Assembly (NCBI RefSeq): GCF_006345805.1
Contig: NC_043018.1
Coordinates: forward strand, 26,908,001-26,972,000
Direction of reading: 5' to 3'
Origin: Octopus sinensis
Taxonomy: Eukaryota
DNA: 64,000 nucleotides
Shown: positions 36,746 through 50,271 of the stretch, piece after piece
Numbering within the stretch: position 1 is the stretch's first letter
Layout: each line of letters opens with the position of its first letter
The notes under the pieces: generated by a model
The model's input: only the letters and a program-made list of their open reading frames with translations
The model's database searches: none
What the model was told of the DNA's origin: nothing
Made by a program: the position numbers and the translations under genes

Positions 36746-39447
36746 TTGTTGTTGGCATCATTTTTGTCTCGGGAGACAATGGAGTTGCGCATAAAATAAT
36801 CTTGTCCGGCTTTTACATTTCATGTCCTAATACATCTCTTGCTGTGGCTGTGTAGTCCTAGCCGGGACAAACACTCCCTCTGGCAGGTGCCGTAAATGTA
36901 GCGAAGACTTTGCCTGACTGGTTGTAATGTCATAGTTTCTTGTTGACGTCTTTTCTTGTCTTCCATTTCTCCTTTCTCACTATGTCACTCCTTTGTGTTC
37001 CCTCTTTCACGGTACGCGTCGCCAATCTCCACGGTTGCTGGCAACTGCTTCCCAGTTGTAATATTGATGTTGCAGGCATTCATGTCCCTTTTGCAAACAT
37101 CCTTGTATCGTAAGAACGGTCTTCCCACAGACCTAGTGTGCCCTAGCAAGCTCTCCGTTGAGTATGTCCTTGGGGATTCTGCCATCTTCCATACGGCTAA
37201 CATGTCCAAGCCATCTCATACGTCTTTGTGTGAAGAGTGCAAACATGCTTGGTATTCCTGCTTGCTTGAGGACATCTTTGTTAGGGACATGATTCTGCCA
37301 TTTGATGCGATGGATTTTCCGGAGACAGCGCAGGTGAAAGATATTTAGGCGACGTATGGCGTCGTATGGCGTGTGTATGGCGTCAAAGTCATACAGTAGA
37401 GTGCTAGTACACATGCCTGGTAATCTTCATTTTTGTGGTCTTGGTCAGCTTATTGTTGTCCCATGCGCGTTTGGTGAGTGGGCCATCACAGCAGCTGCCT
37501 TGCCAATGCGTATATTGAGCTCAGCATCAAGGGATAGGTTGTAGGTGACGGTAGAGCCAAGATAGGTAAACTTCTCCACCTCCTATACTCTGTGGTATCC
37601 AATATGTATGTTTGGGATGTCCGATGTAGCCTGACCCATGATGTTGGTCTTCTTGAGGCTGATAACTAAGCCAAAGTTGCCAAATGCTTGCTCAAAACAG
37701 TTGCTGTGCCTTCGTAGGGCTTCTGTGTGTGATACCAGAGCGGCATCATCAGCAAATAGCATCTCCTTGATCAGGATGCTTCTGAAATTTTGGTCTTGGC
37801 ACGCAGACGCGAGAGATTGAACAGTTCCCCATCACTTCTACTGTGCAGAAACACTCCATCATCTGATGTCTCAAAGGCATGTGACAGCAGCAGCGAGAAG
37901 AAGATGCCAAATAATGTAGGAGCAAGGACACAACCTTGCTCTACCCATTTTTATTTGGAAGGCGGCTGATGTTGAACCATTGTGCTGTATGGTGCCTTGC
38001 ATATTAGCATGGAATGATTTGATGATCCTCAGCAGCTTTGGTGGACATCCGATTTTTTGGAGCAGGATGAAGAGGCCTTTTCTACTTACCAGTCAAAGCC
38101 CTTTGTCAGATCAATGAAGGCCATATATAATGGCATGTTCTGCTCTCTGGACTTCTGAAGTTGGCGTATGGAGAATATCATGTCAATTGTTGATCTGCTT
38201 CTAAAGCCACACTGCGATTCTGGATAAATTCGAGAAGCAATTAGTTGTCAGCCTGGACAGGATAATGCAAGCAGAGGCCTTTCCAACTGTGCTTAGAAGA
38301 GATATTCCACGGTAATTGTTACAATCATCACGGTCACTTTTATTTTTGTAAAGCGTAATGATGTTAGCATCCCGCATATTCTGAGGGACTGTACCCTCTT
38401 ACCTGCACTGACACAGAAGCTCATGAATGTGCCGAAGCAGGATGGTGTTTTTGCCGGTTTTGATGATCTCTAAGGGGATGCCGTCTTTTCCCGGAGCCTT
38501 GTTACTACTTGCTAGGAGTCAATAGATTTGGTGAGCTCTGCTATAGATGGCAGACTGTCAAGTTCACACATGACTGGCAAGATCTTGACACCCTCGATTG
38601 CAGCCTCAGCTACCGTGGTCTCTCGTGAGTAGAGATCCTGGTAGTACTCCATCCATCTATCCATTGCTTGCTTTGGTCCCTGATGAGATCTCCAGTAGTT
38701 GATTTCAGAGGGGCTGAGGTATTTGCGGATGGACCGAGGGCCTTCAAAACCGGCATACATCCCACGGGTGTCGCCACTGTCAGCAGCTGACTGGATACTC
38801 TGACAGATTTCCTTTCAATACCCATTTGCATAGCGTCTGGCAGTCAGTTGGGTTTTATTTCTTGCCTTTCTGAGTTCTTCGTGTGACTTTGTAGAAGAAC
38901 CACTCTTGTATTGCATCAGAGCTGTACGCTTTGCTTCGATAACTGGTTCCAGCTCTGAGAGCCCAGCACTGAACAAAATCTGGGTTTTACCTTTCTCTCA
39001 TCTCATTCCGAAGTATCTATTGATGTGGTATACAAAGCTTCCCTGATATAATTCCACCTACTTTCAGCAGAGGAGGTTGGGCAGCTACTGAGGGCAACCT
39101 TGATAAAAAAAACCAAAACATTGTCGCAGTGTAGGGTTCGAGGTTCTGGCAGTGTTAATGCGTGGTTGGCTAATTTTCTTGGAGTGATGGACTTTTTAGG
39201 CAGAATCCTCCCCTTCTTATTAGTGAATGATCTGTCTCACAATCCGCGCTACGGGTCAGTTGAACAGAATTCAGAAGGATCTTCGTGTAATGATGAGATC
39301 CAACTGATGCCAGTGGTGAGATCTTGGATGTCTCCAAGATGCCTTGTGGGATGTCTTGTTGGGAAAGAATGTGTTGGTGATGCACAGGTTATGGTATGTG
39401 CAAAATTCAAGTAGTCTCTGGCTATTGTCATTCATGTTGCCAATACT
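36746..39447 (-). pseudogene. RTE-clade LINE, 5'-truncated and frameshifted (APE end plus reverse transcriptase)
   Basis: ITNTFFPNKTSHKASWRHPRSHHWHQLDLI, NYRGISLL, LFADD, RLNIFHLRCLRKI, RRMRWLGHVSRMEDGRIPK; short (CAA) tail. Confidence 0.9.
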
Positions 39448-39551
39448 AAAACACATACACTTACATATATACAACATATATATACGATTGATTTCTTTCA
39501 GTTCCTGTCCACGAAATCCATATATATATAATATATAATATATATATATAT

Positions 39552-39604
<53 letters not shown>

Positions 39605-39719
39605 TATATACATACATATATATATGTATGTACACACACACACACACAAAGATAAATTGATAGATACAACTGAGTGGGCAAACAAAAATGTGAGACACTG
39701 CGTAGAGCTTTTTTAAATT

Positions 39720-39847
39720 TTGATAAGCCTGGTACTTATTCTATCAGTTTCTCTTCTTGAAACCAGTATGTTATGGGGATGTAAATAAACGAACACCCAG
39801 TTGTGAAGCAGTGATGAGGGAGAAACACAAAGACACATACACAGACT

Positions 39848-39879
<32 letters not shown>

Positions 39880-40010
39880 CGATTGATTTCTTTCAGTTTC
39901 TGTCTACAAAATCCACTGACAAGGCTTTGGTTGGTCTCAGGCTATAGTAGAAGACACATGCCAAGTTACCACACAGTGGGACTGAACTGAGAACCATGCG
40001 TTTTGGAACC
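39720..40010 (-). mobile_element. Decayed SINE family 2
   Basis: aaatccactgacaaggctttgg...tatagtagaagacac block. Confidence 0.7.
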
Positions 40011-40428
40011 ATAAGAATACTTATGCATAAATCTAAAATCTTAAATAATTTCTTTGTTATTGTAGTATATATCAGTAAAAAATGGAATATTCCCAAAATT
40101 GCATGATTAACTAAATGATTTCCATTTCTTATTTAAACGTGAAAATCTTGAAAAAAAAAATCAGATATATGGATGTGATATAATGACACTTATTCATTTT
40201 TGAACACCGGTCTGAAATCAATTTTTTGCGTGTATAGTAAGTTATTATATTGTGTATATTTTCTCCATTGTGATCTACTGTTGTCTAGCTGTCTGTCTGT
40301 GTTGTTGTAAAACTGTTGAAGTCGGCCTTCGTGCGAGGGCTTCGTGTTGGTGTTTTCCCCCTCCGTGGGGGAAAGAGCTATCATTATCTTGGGTGTGCCA
40401 AGGGCTTGTTAAAAGCCAGTTATCAGAG

Positions 40429-41743
40429 ATGGAATCCCCTATCTCGAATTCAAGTGATGCAGGATCACCGGCGGTGTCGCCAAAGAAAAAAGGGGCGGGG
40501 TCGCCAAAGGAAAAAGACATTCTAGCACCAGCGAGAAAATTTTCTGAAGTAGCTGGGAAGAAAATTAAAAAAATCAACGTGGACAACCTGGGAAAACATG
40601 CGGACTGTGTGTCGAAAGAGGGCACGGAAGTAACCGTAGCTTCAAACGCCCAAATACAGGAGGAAATTTCGAATAGGAGAATAATCTATAAGACATTCAG
40701 TATAACAAGCAGAGCAATACAAAAAATAGAGGAGAAAAAGATCGAAAACTGCTTAAAGCCGATTATGGATAAAATAACATATATCAATCGAGGGAAGAAA
40801 TTCGGCACAGTGGAGGTGAGATTCACGTCAGAGGAGGTAGCAAAGAAGCTATCAATGGAACCCATAAAAGCAGAGGATATTGTTCTCCTACCCCTGTATA
40901 AAGGCAAGAGAACTTCCAAGATCACAATGAATAACATTCCGCCAGAAGCGGATGCCGAAGTCCTGGTGGCAGCAGTTATGGTAGGCCTGGAGGAAAAAAT
41001 AAACATCCTCCAGGCCACCGTAGAAGAAGAAGAATTCTGGAAAGGGCAAAAAATAATAATAGCCATACAAGCAGAAGTACAAACCCTGGAAGAGATCCCA
41101 GAGACTCTAAAGATAAGCGAAGATGAAAGAGTCACAGTCTTCGTAGAAGGCAGAAAGCCGAGGTGCTTCGGCTGCGGTAAGAAAGGGCATGTAAGGGCAG
41201 AATGCCAGCCCCAACCCAAACCGCAGGAAGCAGCTCAGCCAAGTGGAAAAGAAGAAGCCGTGTCGTCAGAAACAGCGCTGGTCGGCCCAGGAGGGACGAC
41301 CGAAGGTGTGGAGGTGACAAAGGCAGCGGAACCAACGGAGGAAGAAAAAAAGAGCGAGGAAACGAAAAAGGAGGAGGGGTGGTCAAAAATCACCAGGAAA
41401 AAAAGAAAAACTGAAACCACCCCTCCCAAAGTAAACCAAAAAAAAAAAGGGAGTCATTGAACTCATTTATGGCCGTTAAGGCCACGAACAATAGACTTGG
41501 AAATGTGTTGGCAGCGATGGCCAAAGTAGAAAAATAGGGAAGAAAAACGATTATGTTTTGTACAGAATAGGCCGAAAGGATACGGACGGATAAAGTCCGA
41601 ATTTTTCCATGACGTAGGCCCGCTCAGAATGGATATAACATCTCCATATATATTCGAGGGCCTGCGTCAGACTCCCCCACGAGGCCCAGAAAAAGAGAAG
41701 GAAGAAGAAGAAAAAAACCGAACCACTGATATAAAGGTAAGTA
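40429..41743 (+). CDS. Tx1-A ORF1 (zinc-knuckle nucleic-acid-binding protein); frameshifted after ~41450
   Basis: CFGCGKKGHVRAEC knuckle; likely ATG at 40429; frame break in an A-run. Confidence 0.8.
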
Positions 41744-44700
41744 ATGGATTTTTATGTTGGTTGTTTAAATGTGCGCGGCCTGGGAGCAGGCTGGAAGCAA
41801 GGTCGCTTCCTGCATGATATCAGGTCGCGTAATTTAGATGTCATTGTTGCTACAGAAACCCGGTTAGAGGGGCCAAGAGGTCTACTCCCGCTGTTTGACG
41901 GCTACGAGAGTTTTTTCTCTCCTGGCAGTCCTACAGGCGGGAGTGGGGTGTTGGTCCTACTAAAAAGAAACCGGGTTTCTGGGAAAAAGTTAATTTTTGC
42001 AGATCCAGAAGGTAGGCTGGTCGTCATGGATTTGACGTTCAGTAACGGTAAAGTTATCAGACTGGTTGCAATTTACGCACCCAACAGTACAGGGCAAAGT
42101 GATTATTTTCGTGAACTAGAAAACTTTCTTGGTACTTCGCATTCATTAGTGGTGCTAGGAGACTTTAACACAATTTGCAAAGCGGATGTAGATTGTGTTG
42201 GCTCGCGTCCAGATAGGAAAGGTAACAGTGGCTTCATGGAACTGCTAAGCCGCTTTGAGCTAGCAGATCCTTACAGGCTGGAATTTCCGAACGCTCCATT
42301 GTGGACATGGTCAAACAGCGACGGATCTTCCAGGTCATATTTAGATAGAATACTAATTAGAAAAGTAGACAGTAAAATAGCTAAGTGTCCACAGTTTTAC
42401 CCGATCAGCTACAGTGATCATAAAATGGTCACTTGTAAGCTTGACATAGATAAGGTTAAAAATAGAGGATCCGGTTACTGGAAACTTAATACGTCCCTTT
42501 TGGCGATTAAGGAGTACAAAGACCGGATTAGGAATATAATTCAGAGGGCACTATCTGGTACCATCATTAATACAAATGGTGGTACGCCCTCAAACGAGCC
42601 ATCAAGTTTGAGTCTATTAGATATAGCATAGGAGTAGTGGCTAGAGAGGCTAGAGGGAAACTACTCTAGTTAAGGAATTAGAGGAAGCCATGAAAACTGG
42701 CTCTGCGGCTCAGGTGGCGGCCAAGAGACTGGTGTTAAACCAGCACCTCGAGGCCAAACACATGGGCTGCATTGTCAGGGCTAGAATCCGTCATATGGGA
42801 TGTGAAGGAATCAACGCCGTGAGATGGGCCCGAGTGGTGGAAGCTCAGCATGGTAACGATGCCACGATTCGATCTTTGACGAACCAACAAGGTGAGTTGA
42901 TAAACGAACCCGAGGAGATGTGTGAGGCCTTTCAGGAGCACTTCGCTCAGCTTTTCGGTGAGTGCGGCGGGCTGGATAGGAGGAGGGCCTTTACGGACCT
43001 ACTCGACGGTCTACCGCGCTTATCGGGGCGAGATGCGGAGGGCTGTGAAGGGCCAATCACGCCTGGGGAGGTGGTTGAGGCAATGGCGGACTGCGGCGCG
43101 GGCAAGGCGCCGGTTTGGATGGTCTACCCTATGAGTTATATAAGAGTATGCCAGACTTGTTCGGGCACCTACTGGCGGAGGTCTACGCGAACTGGCAGCA
43201 GAACGGGCTTATACCCAGATCTGTGCGCCGGGGAGTAGTGACTCTCGTCAGAAAGGACCCGAGCAAGGGGGAGTGCATTGATAATTTCAGGCCCATCACT
43301 CTGCTAAACACAGAGCTGAAGATTTTGGCCAAAGTGTTATCGAAAAGATTGGCGCGTGTCGCGGATGGTCTGATCGGAGGGGCACAGACATGTGCCGTTC
43401 CGGGCAGATCCATTCAGGATAATCTCCATCTAATGCGGTACACTATAGAGGGGTTTTAATAGTGATTCTGGCAAGGGTGGGGCTCTGGTCCATTTAGACC
43501 AATCTAAAGCTTTTGATAGGGTCGACCATCGTTACCTGGTATCTGCCCTGGCACAGTTCGGGCTGAGCCTTGGCTTCCTCAGGTGGATTATCCAAATTTA
43601 CGATAACATCGACTCGGTAGTTCGGGTGAACGGCTTCTTGTCGAAGCCGTTCAAAATCAAACGCTCGGTTCGTCAAGGGTGTCCGCTCTCCCCGCTTTTG
43701 TACGTAATGGCTCTTGAGCCATTACTGCGAAAACTGAGCGGCATCCCGAGACAGCCAGGTAACGGAAAATCAGTGTCAGCGTACGCGGATGACATCACCA
43801 TCATCGTAACCGAAATGGACCACCTATGTAAAGTAGGCAAGGCCATAGAGGTTTACGAGACGGTGACAGGAGCAAAAGTAATCGCGAAAAGTCAGTCGGC
43901 TTGCAACTCGGCACCTGGAGAGGCAAGTCGATGCCTCCTGACAGCGTCGTGGGACGTTGGACGGAGGGTCCGATTAAACTGCTAGGGGTCTGGTTCGGTC
44001 CAGACCTCCAAATAGAGAAGAATTGGGGCGAGGTAACGAGCAAGGTGGCTGCAGTAGCCAAGACCTGGTCTTGCGGTGGCTATCCCTGAAGGGAGGGCGG
44101 AGGTGGCCAATGTGTTCATCGCATCGGTTATCACCTACCGCCTTTCCGTCGTTCCTTGCCCTGATTCGTGGTTGATCAAGTTGGAAAGACAGCTCTTCTA
44201 CTTCTTGTGGAAGGGCGGGAAACCACTTGTGAAACGCTCTACTTGCTGTCAACAACCGTTAAAGGGTGGGCTAGGGATGCCTTGGCTGATGATGCGCAGA
44301 CATGCGCTGAGGTTAAGACATCTGTGGCTCTACCTGGATGGTGAACGGGTGTGGTCTTCGCTAGCAAAACTGATGTTTCCCAAGTTCACTAGTTTTCGGT
44401 GGCTGGGAAACCTGGCTGAATCGTAGATCGAAACTGGGTACTTGGTACACGGAGTGTCGCAAGGCTCTCCTGCTGTTCCGTCGCTCGGGCAACGCCTGCG
44501 GTGGGGGTTCCACCACACTCTCTATAGAGGGTTGGTAGAGGCGGAATGTGAAGATACCTTGGGGGAAACCCTGGGTCTCGACGATAATCAGCTGGCCAGT
44601 CTGTTCCGACGTACGTTCGAGCCGAGGACACTGGACAACTTCCAGAAGTCTTTGGCATGGCAATGCTACAGAGGAGCTCTACCTGTTCGGGATAAACTCG

Positions 44701-45131
44701 CAAGGCACGGTGGCCAAGACAGTCCGATATGTCCAAGATGCGGGCGGGATAGGGAAACCGTCCCGCACGCTATTGTTCATTGTCCGGACGTGTCTGAGGT
44801 GTGGGTTTATGCCGAACAGCTGTTGTCAGGTACACGAAGAGTACAGCTGTCGACTGAGTCGATTACAAAAATTGACCCACCGGATTTCCTCGTGAATGAA
44901 GGTAAGTTTCGTTTTCTCGTTGTAGTAGCAATTGCGAAAGAAGTGATATGGAAGACGAGAATGAAAGGTTTACAGTCAGGCAAGTTCATCTCCGGCCCTG
45001 GTTTGATGAATTACTTCATCTTTCACCTGAAAAGGAAGATAGGGCTGGAGAGAATATGCCTGACTAGGAGAGTGTATGAAGAACGATGGAAGGATGTAGC
45101 ACGAAAGTTGCGAATGAAAGTCACAACATAA
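41744..45131 (+). CDS. Tx1-A ORF2: APE endonuclease, reverse transcriptase, C-terminal Cys/His motif; several frameshifts
   Basis: LNVRGL, TET, GDFN, SYLDRI, SDH, GYWKLN; FRPITLLN, QGCPLSP, AYADD; CPRC...HAIVHC. Confidence 0.9.
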
Positions 45132-45543
45132 ATGTAATACCAAGTGCAACCAAAAGTATCAGTGGGGAGGCGGGGCTCGTGGGGTCCGAGCTGAACCCGC
45201 ACCCACTCCATCTGTAATGTCTTCCGGTCTATTACATCATCCGATTTTGTGTGTATTTTTGTAATTTCATGATATTTTTAAAACCGTTTTTGTGTAAAAA
45301 CCATCCGTATGTCTGACCCCAAATAAGATTGTTTTGTCCCCTCTATGTTCGCCCCTTGTGGGTAATAATAAAATCACTTATTCATTTTTGACGAGAATGT
45401 TTTATCCCGCCTGGTCGGCACCTATATAAAGTCACTGTTGCTACTAAAAAGAAAAAAAAAAAAAATGTAAGTTGGTTTTTTTTTCGTTAGTCAAATTTAT
45501 TTGACCAATTTCAGTGAAGACGCTGAGGAGGGGTAGGCCAATA

Positions 45544-46885
45544 ATGGCCAGCCCGAAGGCGGACAGAGCGGAGGTCCAAACCCAGGTCCTTAGTCCAGAG
45601 ATGTCCAACCTGGAAGGAATAATGGCTATACCCGACATTTTCTCGGACGAGGAGGAAAGTGGGAGAGTCAGAAAGAGTATAGATGTGCCAAGCATGGCAA
45701 GGAAGGTGCTAAACTTCGCCGAGGCAGCTAGTCCGAAGGAAAGAAGGATTAACCTAACCAGGGTGGAAGAAGCGAAGAAGATAGTGTCTCGAGACGGGTA
45801 CAAGATTAAACTAAACCAGATGAAAGAATCTCTCGAAGAGATAGAGAAGAGAACGGTAATATTCAAAACATACTGTAACATAGAAAGGAAAATAGACTTT
45901 TCGTCGGAAAAGAAGTGGAGGCGTGCCTACTACCCATCTGGGATAAAATCACATTTTTTAACCAGGGGTAAGAGGTACGGAACTGTGGAAACTAGGTTCA
46001 AGACAGAAGAAGAAGCGAGGGAACATTCAATGAAGCCCCTAAAAACAGGCAATAACAACCCTTCTACCTATCTATAGAGGAAGGCGTATTTCAAAAATTA
46101 CGGTTGCCAACATACCGCCGGAGATCGAGCCCGAACTGATAGTGGCTGGGGTCACTGCAGGACTGGAAGACCAAATGGAAGTGCGTGATGCCACGGTGGT
46201 AGAAGCCAAAAAGTGGCATGGACAGAAAGTACAAATTATTGTACAGGCAGAGCAGGTCGCCTTGGAAGAGATAGGCGAGGTCATCGAAATAGGAGAGAGC
46301 CGGATGGCAGTAATGGTGGAAGGCCGGAAGCCCAGGTTTTCACCTGTGGCAAGAAGGGCCACATCAAAAAGGACTGTAAGCCGGCGGAGAGGAAAAGAGC
46401 GTACCCACAAAACCAAGTGCTCAAGTGGCGGCTACAGAAACGACAGCCGCAACAGAAGTAGGGGAGGGGTGTCACAGGTTGCTGCGACAAAACGAAAGCA
46501 CAACACCCCCTCCCCGGAGAAAATTATAAGCAAAGAGAAGAGAGAAGAAGAAGAAAAAGCGAGAGAAGAAGCGAGAGGGGAGAACAGGGTGTATGTGGCG
46601 ATGAATACCGCAAACAGAGAAGTGGTACGCAGAGTGGAGACTCAACACGTCGAGGAGGTGGAGATGGAAGCGAAAGGTGGAGGCTGGAGATGCTACGTGA
46701 TGGGACTGAAGGGGTTCAACACGTATGCAAACGACTTTAGAAAAGACGTAGGCACACCCAGAATGAGCAAGGAGGATGCCCTGAAGGATGCAGAAAGAAA
46801 GAACAACAACGCGCCGAGTCCACGTTCATCTGAGGCAGAAGAGACGGGTCCCCCCCGCCGGTCGGACCCAGAGGAAATAAGGTAG
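45544..46885 (+). CDS. Tx1-B ORF1, frameshifted
   Basis: RTVIFKTY, RGKRYGTVE, VEGRKPR, TCGKKGHIKKDC align with A ORF1. Confidence 0.75.
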
Positions 46886-46892
46886 GCAAACT

Positions 46893-49800
46893 ATGGCTGT
46901 TTACGTTGGTTGCATAAATGTGCGCGTCCTGGTAGCGAACTGGAAACAAGGTCGTTTTCTAAACGATATCAGGGCGCGGAACTTAAATGTAATTGTCGCT
47001 ACTGAGACACGAATCGAAGGGCCAAGAGATCTACTCCCGCTCATGGAAGGCTACGAGAAATTTATTTCTCCTGGACGGCATGTGGGCGGGAGTGGGGTGT
47101 TGGTTCTGCTTAAAAAATAGTGTCGCAGAGAAAAAGTTGATTTTTTCTGATTCAGAAGGTAGGCTGGTCGTCTTAGATCTAACGTTCAGTTGTGGTAAAG
47201 AAATCAGGCTGGTGGCGGTGTATGCACCTAATACGGGTCAGACTGATTTTTATCGAGGCTTGGAGAAGTTTCTTGGCACGTCAAAATCCATAGTCATGTT
47301 AGGGGACTTTAATGCCATAGTCGACGCGCGCGTCGATGGCATTGGCTCGAAAGATAGGAAACCAAACGCTGGCTTCCGGATCTACTGAGTCACTTTCAGC
47401 TGGTAGATCCCTACAGACTTGAATTCCCGAACGCTCCACAGTGGACGTGGTTAAGTGGCGACGGGTCTATCGGGTCTTACATAGACAGAATTTTTATTAG
47501 AAAAATAGATAAAGGATTAGTTAAGTGTCCACAGTTTCACACGGTCAGTTACAGCGATCACAGGATGGTCACTGGCGAACTGAACCTAGATAAGTTAGGT
47601 AGTAGGGGATCCGGCTACTGGAAACTCAATAAGTCCCTCCTGGCTATTGAGGAGTACAGAAAGCGGATCGAGTTAGTAGTGAAGAGGGCGTTAACCGGTT
47701 CCATTATTAACAACAAATGGTGGTACGCCCTCAAAAGAGCCATAAAATACGAGTCCGTTAGATACAGCATAGGTCTAAACTAGCGGGCGTAAGAAAGAGA
47801 TGGGGCTAGTTAAGGCCTTAGAGGAAGCCATGAGAGCTGGCGATGGGGCCCAGGTTAGGCTGAAGAGACTGGAGTTGAACCAGCACCTCGAAGCCCAACA
47901 TATGGGTTGTATCGTCAGAGCTAGAATTCGCGCAATGGGGTGCGAGGGTATCAAGGCTGCCGGATGGGCACGAGTTGTGGAGGCTCAACGTGGAAACGAT
48001 TCCACAATTAAGTCTGTGACGAATGGGCGAGGTGATGTGATCACCGAACCAGAGGAGATGTGTCGGACGTTTCAGGAGCACTTCGCTCGGCTCTTTGGGG
48101 CGACGGCGGACCGGAGGAGAGGGTGGACCTAACGGACATCCTCGCCGGGCTGCCGCGCCTCTCGGGGCAGGATGCGGAGAGCTGTGAAGCGTCGATCTCG
48201 CCTGAGGAGATAGCTGAGGTCCTGGCCGACTGCGGTGAAGGCAAGGCGCCGGGGATCGATGGTTTACCTTACGAAATATATAAAAGAATGCCAGACTTGT
48301 TCGGGAACGTGCTGGCCGGCGTTTTCACGAACTGGCGGCAGAATGGGTTCATTCCCAGATCTGTACGTCGGGGAGTGGTGACGCTGATCAGAAAGGACCC
48401 GAGCAAGGGAGATAACATAGACAATTTTCGGCCCATCACACTGCTAAACACAGAGGTGAAGATTTTGGCCAAGGTGTTAGCGAAAAGGTTGACGCGTGTC
48501 GCGGGTGGTCTGATCGGGAAGGCACAAACTTGTGCGGTCCCAGGAAGAACCATCCAGGACAATCTTCACCTAGTACGCTACACAATAGAGAGGTTTGGGA
48601 ATGACTCTGGCAAGGGTGGGGCATTGGTCCATTTAGACCAGAGTAAAGCGTTTGATAGGGTGAACCATCGGTACCTGGTGTCCGTGCTGGCGCAGTTCGG
48701 TCTGGGCATTGGCTTCCTCAGGTGGATCATACAATTGTACGATAACATCGACTCGATCGTTCGGGTGAATGGCTTCCTCTCGAGGCCGTTCCGCATCAAA
48801 CAGTCTGTTCGTCAAGGGTGTCCGCTCTCCCCGATTTTGTATGTGATGGCTCTTGAGCCATTGCTGCGAAAGCTGAGCGCCATCCCGATGAATCCAGGAG
48901 GTGGAGGATCTGTGACATCGTATGCGGACGACATCACCATCATCGTGACCGAGGTGGAACTCCTACGTAATGTGGGAGATGCCATCAAGGCTTACGAGAC
49001 GGTGACAGGAGCAAAGATTAACCGGAAAAATCGGTCGGCTTGCAACTCGGCACCTGGAGGGGCAAGTCGATGCCTTCGAATAGCATCGTGGGATGCTGGA
49101 CGGAGGGCCCGGTTAAGCTGCTAGGGATCTGGTTTGGTCCAGGTCTCCAGATAGAAAAGAACTGGTCTGAGGTGTCGGGCAAGGTGGCTCACGCGGTCGG
49201 GACTTGGTCCGGACGGTGGCTGTCCTTGAAAGGGAGGGCGGAGGTGGCCATGTGTTTTTAGCATCGGTCATCACCTACCGCCTGACCGTCGTTCCTTGTC
49301 CGGATTCGTGGTTGAGCAAGTTGGAGAGACAGATCTTCCACTTTTTGTGGAAGGGAAGTGCTCCTCTTGTAAGACGTTCTATCTGCTGTCAGAAACCGTT
49401 AAAGGGTGGCTTGGGGATGCCTTGGCTGATGATGCGCAGAGATGCGCTGAGGTTAAGGCACCTTTGGCTCTACCTGGATGGTGAACGGGTGTGGTCCCCG
49501 CTTGCGAAGCAGATGTTCCCCAGCTTTGCCAGTTTCGGTGGCAGAGAAACCTGGTTTCGTCGCAGACTTAGATCGAGCATGTGGTATTCGGAGTGCCATA
49601 AGGCACTCTGCCACTTCCGCAAGTCGGGCAATGCCGGCGGCTTTGGTACCACCGCAGCTTTTTATAGCAGGTTGGTAGAGGCCGGAAATGACGATGCCTT
49701 AGGAAGGACCTTGGGCCTCGATAGAAATCAGTTGGACAGCCTGTTCCGAAGGACGTTCGGGCCGAAGACATTGGATAACTTCCAGAAGTCTTTGACCTGG

Positions 49801-50271
49801 CAATGTTTCAGAGGAGCTTTACCCGTTCGGGATAAACTCACAAGGCATGGTTGGAGTGGACCATCGAACTGCCCAAGATGCGAGCGGGATCTGGAAACAG
49901 TCTCGCACGCTATTGTTCAGTGTCCGAAAGTCTCGGACGTGTGGGTATATGCCGAACACCTGTTGTCGGACGGAAGAAGAGTACAGCTATCGGCTGAGAC
50001 AATTATAAAAATTGACTCGCCTAGCTTTTTGACAAGTGAAGGTAAGCATTGCTTTCTCAGTACAGTAGCAGTAGCGAAAGAGTGTATATGGAAGACCAGA
50101 ATGAAAGCGGTAACGACAGGCACCGTGATCTCTGGCTCCGCCTTGGTGACCTATTTCAGGTTCCACCTAAAAAGAAAGGTGGAGTTGGAGAAGAGGTGTC
50201 TGTCTGCGTGTGAGTTCGATAAAATATGGAAGCGTGTGGCACGGTTGCTGCGAGTGAGAGGAGCCACGTAA
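46893..50271 (+). CDS. Tx1-B ORF2: APE, RT, Cys motif; frameshifted
   Basis: INVR, GDFN, GYWKLN, PGIDGLPYE, FRPITLLN, DQSKAFDRV, QGCPLSP, SYADD, CPRC...HAIVQC. Confidence 0.9.

Larger units (their letters stand above)
40204..45374 (+). mobile_element. Tx1-clade non-LTR retrotransposon A, near full length
   Basis: 5' UTR, ORF1 (CCHC), ORF2 (APE-RT-Cys motif), 3' UTR; flanked by identical 17-mers cacttattcatttttga. Confidence 0.92.
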
